64,000 nucleotides of DNA, taken from an archaeon. Lineage in GTDB: Archaea > B1Sed10-29 > WALL01. Position numbers and translations under genes: made by a program. Below are positions 9,043 to 17,521 of the stretch, one piece after another (the stretch's first letter is position 1; every line of letters begins with the position of its first letter). Location: contig JBHOSQ010000005.1 of the NCBI GenBank assembly GCA_042584585.1, positions 7,526 to 71,525 of the forward strand. Direction: 5' to 3'. The notes under the pieces are model-generated. The model was not told where the DNA came from. It saw only the letters and a program-made list of their open reading frames with translations, and did not search any database.

Positions 9043-9395
9043 AAATCAGCCAGACCGCAGTCGAGTTCATTCTTGAAACCGCGAAGAATGCGTACCCCCG
9101 CGAGTTCGTGGGGATGCTCCGCGCCAACGAAGGTGTGATTACCGAAATCTTGATTATTCCGGGGAGCAAGTTCGAAAAGAATTATTCATCAGTCCTCACC
9201 AACATGGTGCCGCTGGACCCCTCGATTGTCGGCTCGGTGCACTCACACCCAGGCCCGGCGAGGCCGTCGCGCGCGGACCTGCGGTTTTTCGAGAGGGGCA
9301 TGGTTAACCTCATCGCTGGCTACCCCTATGAGTTCGGCAACCTCGCGGCTTTTGACGCTCACGGCAGCCCGACAAGCCTAGAAATAGTTAAATAG
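9039..9395 (+). CDS. JAMM/MPN+ family metalloprotease (about 118 aa)
   Basis: Motif VHSHPGPARPSRAD matches H-x-H-x7-S-x2-D, with the conserved Glu (EF) upstream. GTG start at 9039 overlaps the stop of the preceding gene (GTGA). The ORF track start at 8802 is probably an over-extension. Confidence 0.7.
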   Translation: MKISQTAVEFILETAKNAYPREFVGMLRANEGVITEILIIPGSKFEKNYSSVLTNMVPLDPSIVGSVHSHPGPARPSRADLRFFERGMVNLIAGYPYEFGNLAAFDAHGSPTSLEIVK

Positions 9396-9417
9396 CCCCG
9401 GTGCATATTCACAAGCG

Positions 9418-10050
9418 ATGCGGGGCTCTCTTACGCTCGAGTTCATACTCTCGCTAGTCCTGCTCATAGCGACGGCAGGCGGGTTTTTGATGCTGTCGTA
9501 CGGCCAAATCGAGAACAGCGTGATTGCCTCGACGCAGTACAAGGCCGAGGCCATGGCAATGTCCACCGGCTCCGCGCTGACGCACTTTTTCGCGACCGAG
9601 CCCGAGTACGGTTCGTACATGGAAATGGACTTCAGGGGCTTGCCACAAGAGGCGGCCGGCCAGTCCTCGTTCGGCATGCCCGGGTTCGGGGTGTACGCCA
9701 GCGGGCAGGAATGCAACGTGAGCATTGATATCGACAACAGCATGGTCATCGTAAACATACTTGTCTACCGAATCGAGTCCAGCGAGCCGGAACTCGTGAC
9801 GGCAAAGTACCCGTTCGCAAGTGGGGTAAGCGCCGGAGCCTGCAGTGGCGAAATAACTCTTGTCAAGACCGTGGGCTGCGGCAAGGGCATAAGCGTTTCC
9901 ATGCAGGCGGATGGCGGCTACTTGATTAACGAGCTTGGGATTAGGGCGTTTTTGCCTGGCGGGCCGACGGCTTCGCCCCTGCCATTCACCGGTGACAATG
10001 GCGAATCTACACCCATACCAACTCCGCCTGGGGGGTGGCAACTGGCATGA
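9418..10050 (+). CDS. class III signal peptide pilin-like protein (210 aa)
   Basis: N-terminus MRGSLTLEFILSLVLLIATAGG. Confidence 0.7.
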   Translation: MRGSLTLEFILSLVLLIATAGGFLMLSYGQIENSVIASTQYKAEAMAMSTGSALTHFFATEPEYGSYMEMDFRGLPQEAAGQSSFGMPGFGVYASGQECNVSIDIDNSMVIVNILVYRIESSEPELVTAKYPFASGVSAGACSGEITLVKTVGCGKGISVSMQADGGYLINELGIRAFLPGGPTASPLPFTGDNGESTPIPTPPGGWQLA

Positions 10051-10403
10051 AAGGCCAAATCTTTGTCGTGGACTTGATGTTCGCACTCGTAATCATTGTG
10101 CTCGCGATTGGCATAACCACGCAGGCGTTCGATTACCACCTGCAGCAGACTGCGTCAACGGTCGAGCACGCCAAGATGCAGCAGCTCGCGATTGACGCCG
10201 CGGCAGTCACCTACTACAAGGGGGCTGCTTCTTACTATTGGGGGCTCGAAGAAAAGATAGGTCCCTTCTGCGGCGCCCAAGGGGGCGCGGTCAGCATAGG
10301 CTACACGCTGGAAGAGTCTCCCGTGGCCGGCAATACCTGCGTCGGGAGCACGCGCGGCACGGGCGACAACAAAGTGGAGGTGTTCGTCTGCAGAAGGGAG
10401 TAA
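10047..10403 (+). CDS. class III signal peptide pilin-like protein
   Basis: ATG at 10047 overlaps the upstream TGA (ATGA). N-terminus MKGQIFVVDLMFALVIIVLAIG. Confidence 0.7.
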   Translation: MKGQIFVVDLMFALVIIVLAIGITTQAFDYHLQQTASTVEHAKMQQLAIDAAAVTYYKGAASYYWGLEEKIGPFCGAQGGAVSIGYTLEESPVAGNTCVGSTRGTGDNKVEVFVCRRE

Positions 10404-10648
10404 TCTTCACTGCCGAAGCCATCTACGTAATCGTGGTGGTCTTCGCCGCACTCATTGTTTTCTTTGCGTCGCTTCCATCGGTCAATGTCCCGAGCTATGA
10501 CTCGGTCCAGGCCATGAAAGTGATCCACGACATGGGCGAAGAGCAGACCATCAAGCCCCCGCCGGGCTACAACACCACTGGCTGCGAGGGCAAGACCACA
10601 GCCATGCTGGACTACTACAACGAAACCCTGGAGGTGTGCATGACTTGA
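10388..10648 (+). CDS. pilin-like ORF with no canonical start codon (...LQKGVIFTAEAIYVIVVVFAALIVFF...)
   Basis: Pilin-like hydrophobic N-terminal segment in the frame of ORF 10238..10648. There is no in-frame ATG/GTG/TTG between the TTG at 10238 and the KG|V motif. Boundaries are uncertain. Confidence 0.3.
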   Translation: MQKGVIFTAEAIYVIVVVFAALIVFFASLPSVNVPSYDSVQAMKVIHDMGEEQTIKPPPGYNTTGCEGKTTAMLDYYNETLEVCMT

Positions 10649-11331
10649 AGGGATTCATGGGCACCGCGGCCGCAATGCTGTTCGCGTTCTCGCTGGTCAC
10701 CGCAGGGTATTCATTCATGCTCTCGCAATCCGACCTGAGCTATTCGTCAATGGCGGGACCCGTCGTCGAAAGCACGCGCTGGGCCGCCGAGGCAGAGCTG
10801 TTCGAGTGCGCCACAACGGGCGACACGAACTTCAACGGAGACGCGTACAAAGAAGCGATTGGCATGAACCTGGTCGGCGTCAATGGCAATGCCAGCACCA
10901 TAAACAATTACGGGCTTGGCTCAATGAAGCTGTCCGTCCACTTGGAGCGCGACTATTCCCCAACAATCCACTTAAAACCCGGACCTCCCCTGCAGTGGAC
11001 TGTCTGTGACACCGAAGCAGATTCGCTCACCTTCACGCTGTCGGGCGACCTCCCCGCGTCCGCGATGTCCATCCAGAAACTCTTGGGGGCGGGGGTTTAC
11101 TCCTACACTCCTGCTCCTGGAGAGTCCGGCACTTACTGGATTTCTGGCAAGGACTCTACCGGCACGGTATACAGCAACAAAGTAACTGTGACAGCCGCCG
11201 CGGCGCCAACCCCAACGGCAATTCCGACTGCCATCCCGACAGCAATGCCGACTGGGATACCGACTGCGTTCCCAACAGCAATGCCAACCGTGCTGCCGAC
11301 AGCCTTCCCACCATTCGTACCCTTTTTCTAG
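10636..11331 (+). CDS. class III signal peptide pilin-like protein with C-terminal (x-P-T-A)n repeat
   Basis: Start is GTG at 10636 or TTG at 10645, giving MKGFMGTAAAMLFAFSLVTAG. C-terminus is APTPTAIPTAIPTAMPTGIPTAFPTAMPTVLPTAFPPFVPFF, encoded by a 12-nt tandem repeat. Confidence 0.6.
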   Translation: MHDLKGFMGTAAAMLFAFSLVTAGYSFMLSQSDLSYSSMAGPVVESTRWAAEAELFECATTGDTNFNGDAYKEAIGMNLVGVNGNASTINNYGLGSMKLSVHLERDYSPTIHLKPGPPLQWTVCDTEADSLTFTLSGDLPASAMSIQKLLGAGVYSYTPAPGESGTYWISGKDSTGTVYSNKVTVTAAAAPTPTAIPTAIPTAMPTGIPTAFPTAMPTVLPTAFPPFVPFF

Positions 11332-12149
11332 AGTGACTCAAGGAAAGAGTCGACACGCAGCCCCTTTTTCTTGGCGAGAATTCGAATGAACTTGTCCGAG
11401 CGCGAGCCGTACTGCGCCGCCTTTTTCGGCGCGAAAGCGATTTCCTTCGGCAGCCCAAGCTCCACCGCAAGCTCGCGGAACACAATCTTGTTGTTTTCCG
11501 AATCGATTTTTTGTTCCGCCGGAACCGCGAGCGCCTCCTCGACAAACGCCTTGTCCAGGTAAGGGAAAAACGGTTCCTTGTCCCACGCTTTTGACACGCC
11601 GATGTCCCTCGACACGTCACGCTCCCACGCGCCCATCACGCCGTTGAAGCATTCGTCGTCAATCGCGCGGTAGTCCGGCAATAACTTCCGGTGGCGCTCG
11701 TATCCCGCGAACAATTCCTCTGTGCCCATCCCGAAAAACAAGGCCCGCTCCCCAGCGTTTTTGGCGCAGAACCAAAGAGGTAAGGCAACGCCGAGCTTCA
11801 TCACGTTTTTGCTGTTGATGGCCGCGGCGACTTTGGGCAACTCCCGGCGCACGTCCTCGACAGTGAACTCTATGCGGGTCAGTTCCACGCCGAGAATGCC
11901 GGCGCTTTTCTCGGATTGCTCCCAGTCATGCGAGTCACGAGCAGCGGCGCAGTAGCAGTGGAGTGATAATTTGTCCTTGAGCAAAAGTGCAAGCAAAGAA
12001 GAGTCTACTCCGCCAGAAAAAAGCAGCGCCGCCTCGGATAGCCCGGCGGCTCGCCTGTCAACAGAATCAAGAAGAAGTTTCTTCAAGTTTTCCTTGCTGC
12101 CGTTGGGCCTCCGCTCGAGCGACGGGTGTTTCGCCCACTCGCCGTCCAT
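11328..12149 (-). CDS. asparagine synthetase-like PP-loop ATP pyrophosphatase domain protein
   Basis: SGGVDSS PP-loop motif. Similar in size and pattern to the AsnB C-terminal synthetase domain. Confidence 0.55.
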   Translation of the reverse strand: MDGEWAKHPSLERRPNGSKENLKKLLLDSVDRRAAGLSEAALLFSGGVDSSLLALLLKDKLSLHCYCAAARDSHDWEQSEKSAGILGVELTRIEFTVEDVRRELPKVAAAINSKNVMKLGVALPLWFCAKNAGERALFFGMGTEELFAGYERHRKLLPDYRAIDDECFNGVMGAWERDVSRDIGVSKAWDKEPFFPYLDKAFVEEALAVPAEQKIDSENNKIVFRELAVELGLPKEIAFAPKKAAQYGSRSDKFIRILAKKKGLRVDSFLESL

Positions 12150-12155
12150 GCCGAG

Positions 12156-12479
12156 TCACTTCTTTCTCTTGAGCAAGAGCCTGCGCGGCCTCGCGGGGGG
12201 TTCTACCAGTTTGGTTTCCCCGATGGCGGGCGAAGGGGCCACTTCTTTCCCGAGCAGTTGGTCTTCGCTCTTGTTCAGCATGATTACGTCCTCGATTGCC
12301 TCGACGTCCTCGAACTGAATGTTGAGCTGCCCGAGCTTCATCTTCGTGAGCATGCCCTTCGGCATAGCGATGATGTGAGTAATCCTGCCTTTGGTAGTGA
12401 AAACCAGGTCATAAACAAAGCCCACGCGCTCCCCGTGAGAGTCGATTATTTCCTTTCCCTCTAGTTCCTTGAAAAGCAT
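12156..12479 (-). CDS. PRC-barrel domain protein
   Basis: Small (107 aa) and Gly/Glu-rich, with a PRC-barrel-like pattern; such proteins are common in archaea. Confidence 0.45.
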   Translation of the reverse strand: MLFKELEGKEIIDSHGERVGFVYDLVFTTKGRITHIIAMPKGMLTKMKLGQLNIQFEDVEAIEDVIMLNKSEDQLLGKEVAPSPAIGETKLVEPPARPRRLLLKRKK

Positions 12480-12511
12480 AGTTGGGTTTTTGGCGAGGGA
12501 GTATAAAACAG

Positions 12512-14245
12512 TTACTCCAGAGCGTAGTAGTATTCACCAGTCTTTTTCTGCTCAGAGTCCTTCTGTGAGTCTGGCTTGTTGGCACGCGGCCGCCCAGAAT
12601 CAGGGTCGCGGCGGTAAGTGATATCCATTCCCTCAAGGAAACGGTTCATCCCGGAATGCATCGCCTCGGCGGCCATTGCCTTGCCGGTCTTCCCTGGGTC
12701 CCCATCAAAGACCATCAGCCTGTCCGAAACATAGTCCTGGAGAGTGATGTCGTGGTCGATGACCATCGTCGTGATTTCCTGCTTTTCAGTGATTTTTCGG
12801 ATGATGTCCGCGAACCTGATGCGCTGCTCGACGTCCAAAAACGCCGACGGCTCGTCAAGCAGGCAAAGGTCGCAGTCCCGTGCAAGCGCAAGCACGATGC
12901 CAACGCGCTGAAGCTCGCCGCCAGACAGTTCCTTGACCTTCTTGTTGAACAAGTCCTTGATTTCGGGCTTGAGGTAGCTCTCGAACAACTCGCGGTTCAT
13001 CTCTGACTTGCCGACCAGCTGCATTACAGTCCCCTCGAAATCGCTTGAAATGTACTGGGGCTTGTACGAAATCTCGAGCGACCAGTCCAGTTCCGGCTCG
13101 CTCTTTTCCACGCCGGCCAATGCCTTCATGAAAGTAGACTTCCCAATCGCGTTGGGGCCCAGGATGCCGATGACTTCGCCCCTGCGCAAGACACCGCCCT
13201 CGGCCTCGAGCGAAAACGCGTCGTACTTTTTCTTGAACGACGGATACTCCTGGTACTCCCTGCCCTCCCACTCGGTGGCGGGCGGCTTCACCAGGAACTT
13301 GATGCCCTCCTTGCGGAAGCGCATGTTCTCGGCGCGCAGGAACCCGTCGAGGAACTCGTTGATTCCGACGCGAACGCTCTTGAGCGATGACACGATGCCG
13401 TACACCCCCGGCTTTCCGTACAGGACATGCACGTAGTCGCTGAGGTAATCAAGGACAGCAAGGTCGTGCTCAACAACCATCACCCGCTTGGTCTCCGCGA
13501 GCTCGCGGATTAGCTTCGCGACCTTGAGCCGCTGCTTCACGTCGAGGTAAGTGGTGGGCTCGTCAAAGAAGTAGACGTCCGCCTCGCGGGAAATTCCCAC
13601 GGCGATTGCGATTCGCTGGAGCTCTCCGCCGCTGACCTCGTCCAAGTGCCTCTCGGTGAGGTGCGCGATCTCGAACTTCTTCAGGTCGGGCGTCGCGTTT
13701 TCCTTTTCGAGCAATTCGGCGACAGTCCCAGAAAACGCCTTGGGGATCAAGTCGACGTTTTGGGGCTTCATTGAAATGTGAGTCCCGCCCTTGGACAGTG
13801 CCTCGAGGTGCGTCTGGATTTCGTTCCCGCGGTGCATCTCGACGACCTTGTGCCAGTCCTTGTTTTCTCCTCCGAGGTTGGGCACGATTTGGCCGGCAAG
13901 GATGTTGACGAGCGTGCTTTTCCCAGTGGCGTTGCTCCCGACCAAACCCACGACGCCCTGCTTTGGCACCGGCAGCCCGAACACGCGGAAGCCGTTCACG
14001 CCGTACTGGTGCATCGGGTTTCCCAATTCTTCGGGCAGGTTGATTATTGTGATTGCGGTGTACGGGCATTTCTTGACGCAAATGCCACAGCCCGAGCAAA
14101 GCTCTTCCGAGATAACCGGGTACCCGCCATCTTCCTTGAGTATTGTCTCCTGCCCCATTCGCACTCCGGGGCAGAACTTGATGCATTCATAGCTGCAGCT
14201 CTTGCCACGGACACACTTCTTCCTGTCCAGAACAGCTATTCGCAT
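12512..14245 (-). CDS. ABCE1/RLI ribosome-recycling ATPase
   Basis: N-terminal tandem 4Fe-4S ferredoxin Cys clusters (CxxCxxC...CP) followed by two ABC ATPase cassettes with Walker A and the LSGGELQR signature. Confidence 0.9.
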   Translation of the reverse strand: MRIAVLDRKKCVRGKSCSYECIKFCPGVRMGQETILKEDGGYPVISEELCSGCGICVKKCPYTAITIINLPEELGNPMHQYGVNGFRVFGLPVPKQGVVGLVGSNATGKSTLVNILAGQIVPNLGGENKDWHKVVEMHRGNEIQTHLEALSKGGTHISMKPQNVDLIPKAFSGTVAELLEKENATPDLKKFEIAHLTERHLDEVSGGELQRIAIAVGISREADVYFFDEPTTYLDVKQRLKVAKLIRELAETKRVMVVEHDLAVLDYLSDYVHVLYGKPGVYGIVSSLKSVRVGINEFLDGFLRAENMRFRKEGIKFLVKPPATEWEGREYQEYPSFKKKYDAFSLEAEGGVLRRGEVIGILGPNAIGKSTFMKALAGVEKSEPELDWSLEISYKPQYISSDFEGTVMQLVGKSEMNRELFESYLKPEIKDLFNKKVKELSGGELQRVGIVLALARDCDLCLLDEPSAFLDVEQRIRFADIIRKITEKQEITTMVIDHDITLQDYVSDRLMVFDGDPGKTGKAMAAEAMHSGMNRFLEGMDITYRRDPDSGRPRANKPDSQKDSEQKKTGEYYYALE

Positions 14246-14298
14246 TAAGGTGGTTTTTGGAGGCAGGTTTTAAAAGGCTTCGCAAAAAAAGTTAAGTA

Positions 14299-15312
14299 AT
14301 GCGCGTGACAAAGCGGGCGCTTCCGGACATCCGTGTTGTGCCGGAAACGCTTGATGACATATGGCATCTCGAGAAGATTATCGAGAAGGGAGACTTGGTT
14401 ACTGCCAAGAGTGAGCGCAGGTTCAAGACCGAGTCCGGAAAGTCCGAGCGCAAGACGGTCAAGGTAAAAATAACTGTCGAGGGCCTCGAGTACCACCGGG
14501 ACTCGCGGAAGCTACGCCTGCTCGGAACGATTGTGGAGGGGCACCCGCTCGAGTACGTTGTAATCGGCACGCACCACACGATTGAGGTCTTGCCCGGAAT
14601 CATGATCACAGTCACGAAAGAGCACTGGAAGCGCTACCAACTCGAGCGCCTCGACCACGCGGTCAAGGCATCAAAAAAGCCGAAGCTATTGATTGTCGTG
14701 ATGGACGACGAGGAAGCCGAGCTCGCGCTGCTCAGGGACTTTGGATTGGAAAAGAAAGGCACAATCCGCTCCGGAAAAAGCGGCAAAGCCTTTCCCTCGG
14801 ACAAAAAGGACGACTACTTCGACCAAATCGCGGACGCCATCAAAGGCGCTGAAAAAATCGTGGTCGCGGGCCCGGGATTCACCAAGGACAATTTCGCGAA
14901 GTGGCTTGAGGGAAAGCCATTGGCCAAGAAGTGCGTGTTCGCCGACATCGGCGGCACCGGCACGCCCGGCATGCAGGAGCTATTGAAGAAAGGGGTCATC
15001 GAAAAAATCGTGAAGGACGCGCGAGCCGCGCTTGAGGCCTCGCTTGTGGAAGACGTGATGGTGAAAATCCCCACCGACAACTCGACTTATGGCCTAGCGC
15101 AGGTGGAAGAGGCGCTGGACTTCGGCGCCGCGGAAAAATTGCTTCTCGCGGACAGTTATTTCTCGGACAACAGGGACGAGGCAGAAAAGCTCCTCCAAAA
15201 AGCGGAGAAGACGAACTGCGAGGTCCACATAATCAGCACGGAACACGAGCCCGGAGAAAGATTGGAGCACCTCGGCGGCGTCGCTGCCCTGCTAAGGTTC
15301 AAGACGGCTTGA
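14299..15312 (+). CDS. Pelota/Dom34 mRNA surveillance factor
   Basis: N-terminal ...PETLDDIWHLEKIIEKGDLV... is typical of archaeal Pelota. 337 aa, with an eRF1-like domain arrangement. Confidence 0.85.
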   Translation: MRVTKRALPDIRVVPETLDDIWHLEKIIEKGDLVTAKSERRFKTESGKSERKTVKVKITVEGLEYHRDSRKLRLLGTIVEGHPLEYVVIGTHHTIEVLPGIMITVTKEHWKRYQLERLDHAVKASKKPKLLIVVMDDEEAELALLRDFGLEKKGTIRSGKSGKAFPSDKKDDYFDQIADAIKGAEKIVVAGPGFTKDNFAKWLEGKPLAKKCVFADIGGTGTPGMQELLKKGVIEKIVKDARAALEASLVEDVMVKIPTDNSTYGLAQVEEALDFGAAEKLLLADSYFSDNRDEAEKLLQKAEKTNCEVHIISTEHEPGERLEHLGGVAALLRFKTA

Positions 15313-15915
15313 GAACTCGCCCGCAAACCGCTCCCACATGGCAACGTTTTTTTCGAACTTGGAGTTCGCCTGCTCGACGAGCAAAGAACAATAGTTTTTG
15401 TCGACCAAAAGCTCACCATCTTTTTTCACGGGCACCGCCATTCGGTACGTGCCCTCGAACTCGATTTGCACCCGGTTCCCACTAATCGAAAAGATGCCCC
15501 CGCGCTTCATGCCTGCGGAAGCCTTTACCTTCAGCAGTGCGTTCGCCGCATCAATGTCGCGGCAGGACACGTGGAGAATCAGGGGGTCGGCGTTGAGCCA
15601 CACGAATTTTCCTTCCGCGTTTTGCAGCGCATCCCATGCGTCATCAGCACTGACGGGATTGTGCTGCTTCCAAAGAAACTCCGAGTTTTTTTTCGTGGAG
15701 TCCGGGAGGTCGATCAACACTATGCGGCCGTAGCACGAAGAAGAAGTCACGTAGTCCGGATGAGAATTAATCAAGTCGAGGTATTTGTTTACCTCGGAGT
15801 CGACAACGCCTTCGTTCCGCGCGTTGTCCAGCAATTCCAATAGCTCTTTTTTGATGTCGTCAAACTTTGCGTCGCGCGGGCCAGTGTACCCGTGCTTTAC
15901 GTCGGTTACTTTCAC
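15292..15915 (-). CDS. tRNA wybutosine-synthesizing protein 3 (TYW3/Taw3)-like
   Basis: SSSCYGRI motif matches the TYW3 S-x-C-x-G-R signature. Likely GTG start at 15915 overlaps the upstream TGA (GTGA). The ORF track start at 15996 is an over-extension. Confidence 0.5.
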   Translation of the reverse strand: MKVTDVKHGYTGPRDAKFDDIKKELLELLDNARNEGVVDSEVNKYLDLINSHPDYVTSSSCYGRIVLIDLPDSTKKNSEFLWKQHNPVSADDAWDALQNAEGKFVWLNADPLILHVSCRDIDAANALLKVKASAGMKRGGIFSISGNRVQIEFEGTYRMAVPVKKDGELLVDKNYCSLLVEQANSKFEKNVAMWERFAGEFSSRLEP

Positions 15916-16490
15916 AGAATCCCCTTGAGCTCGTCCAAGTAGCGGATGACGTGGTCGGGCTCGAACGAGGTCTCTTCTTCCACCGTTTTCTTCCACACGG
16001 TCTCCATCCCGGCCTTGCCCGCGAGCGCCAATACATTCAGCTTGTCGTCAACGACAACACAGTCGCCGAACTGCTTCTTCGCTTCCTCGTATACCCGGGG
16101 GTTGTTCTTCAGGTAGCCCCACTGCGGCGTGGCGACGACCTGGTCGAACATGACGCGCAAGTTTTTCTTGTCGACAATCAAGTCGAGCCAGTCCTTCGGG
16201 AAGTCACTGAACAGGACAAGGGGGTAGCCCTTGCGGGCCAAATAGGCAATCACTTCGCGGAGCTTTGGGTCAAGCTGGATTCGGTTCAGCATTTCAGCCC
16301 GGCCCTTCACCGGCTCCCAGCCGTGCTTTTCCCAGAATTCGTTCTCGTCGACCCGCCTGAACTTGAGATCGTTGTAGTCCCGCTCCACCTGGACGTCCAG
16401 AGCGCCCTTGCACAATGGCTTCAGGACGTTCCTGTGAAAATGCCCGTCCGGACAAACCACGCCGAACATGTCGAGCAGAACAGTCTTCAC
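15912..16490 (-). CDS. HAD-superfamily hydrolase-like protein
   Basis: N-terminal hhhhDMFGV (degenerate motif I) and VVDDK (motif IV); 192 aa. Confidence 0.45.
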   Translation of the reverse strand: MKTVLLDMFGVVCPDGHFHRNVLKPLCKGALDVQVERDYNDLKFRRVDENEFWEKHGWEPVKGRAEMLNRIQLDPKLREVIAYLARKGYPLVLFSDFPKDWLDLIVDKKNLRVMFDQVVATPQWGYLKNNPRVYEEAKKQFGDCVVVDDKLNVLALAGKAGMETVWKKTVEEETSFEPDHVIRYLDELKGIL

Positions 16491-17449
16491 TTTTTCTCCC
16501 CCATGAGCACGAGCTGCGCCAAAAACGCTTCGAGCTGGATGCGCTCGTTCGCGCCCTCGCTCACGCGGAAGCTTGCCTCTCCAATGCGGTCCACCAAAGC
16601 AACTTTCTGCTTGGAGTCAAAGTCCTCGGACGAAACCACCTCGCGGTGCACCTGCAGCAAAACGTCCTCGGCCGAAAGCGCGTAGTCGTAAAGCAGTGCG
16701 TCAAGCGCCTTCCTCGCCCCCATGAACTCGCCCTTGAGCGCGAGCTCAATCATCTCGCGCACTTCCTCTGGGCGGGCGCGGGCAGACACCTTGTAGACGG
16801 AGTCCGCAGTCACTTTCTTCGACAAAGTGGAGGCGACTTGTAAAATATTGATGGCGCGGCGGAGGTCTCCCTCGGCGACGTACTCCAGCGCGACGTAAGC
16901 CTTGTCGTCCACGTCCAGTTTTTCTTTCTTGGCGACGTGCTCCAACCGCTTGCGGATGTCCTTGTCGGTCAACGGAGTGAAGCGGAACATCGCGCACCTG
17001 GATTGGATGGGCTCGATTAGCTTGGACGAGTAGTTGCACGACAAAATGAACCGGCAGGTCCTGGAATACTTTTCCATGGTGCGGCGCAACGCGTTTTGGG
17101 CGTCGCGGGTCAATGAGTCGCTCTCGTCCAGGAAAATGATTTTGAACGGCACGTTGCCGATTGCAAGCGTGGCGGCGAAGTCCTTGATTTTGCCGCGGAT
17201 GACGTCGATGCCTCTTTCGTCAGACGCGTTTAATTCCAAGATGTTCCTGCCCTCCCCATCGTACATCTCGTTCGCGAGGGCAAGTGCACATGCGGTCTTG
17301 CCTATGCCAGCCCGCCCGGAAAACATTAGGTGGGGAAAGTCCTTCTCCTTGGCGTATGCCTCCAGCCGCTCGACCACTGCCCTTTGGCCGACTACTTCAT
17401 TGAGCTGTTTGGGCCTGTATTTTTCCACCCATGGCAAAGCTAGCTCCAT
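16487..17449 (-). CDS. rfcS: replication factor C small subunit
   Basis: WVEKYRPKQLNEVVGQ..., Walker A GRAGIGKT, and the SRC motif in ...QSRCAMFRF. Confidence 0.9.
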   Translation of the reverse strand: MELALPWVEKYRPKQLNEVVGQRAVVERLEAYAKEKDFPHLMFSGRAGIGKTACALALANEMYDGEGRNILELNASDERGIDVIRGKIKDFAATLAIGNVPFKIIFLDESDSLTRDAQNALRRTMEKYSRTCRFILSCNYSSKLIEPIQSRCAMFRFTPLTDKDIRKRLEHVAKKEKLDVDDKAYVALEYVAEGDLRRAINILQVASTLSKKVTADSVYKVSARARPEEVREMIELALKGEFMGARKALDALLYDYALSAEDVLLQVHREVVSSEDFDSKQKVALVDRIGEASFRVSEGANERIQLEAFLAQLVLMGEKK

Positions 17450-17521
17450 GTATACACCTCGAACTGTTATTAATGATAAGATATATAAAAGGTGGCTGCC
17501 ACTACCTAAACAGGTGATTCC

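Noticed and set aside
11190-11331. PGF-CTERM/archaeosortase sorting signal at the PT-rich C-terminus of the pilin-like protein.
   Set aside because: The tail ends ...AFPPFVPFF with no PGF tripeptide, TM helix or basic tail.
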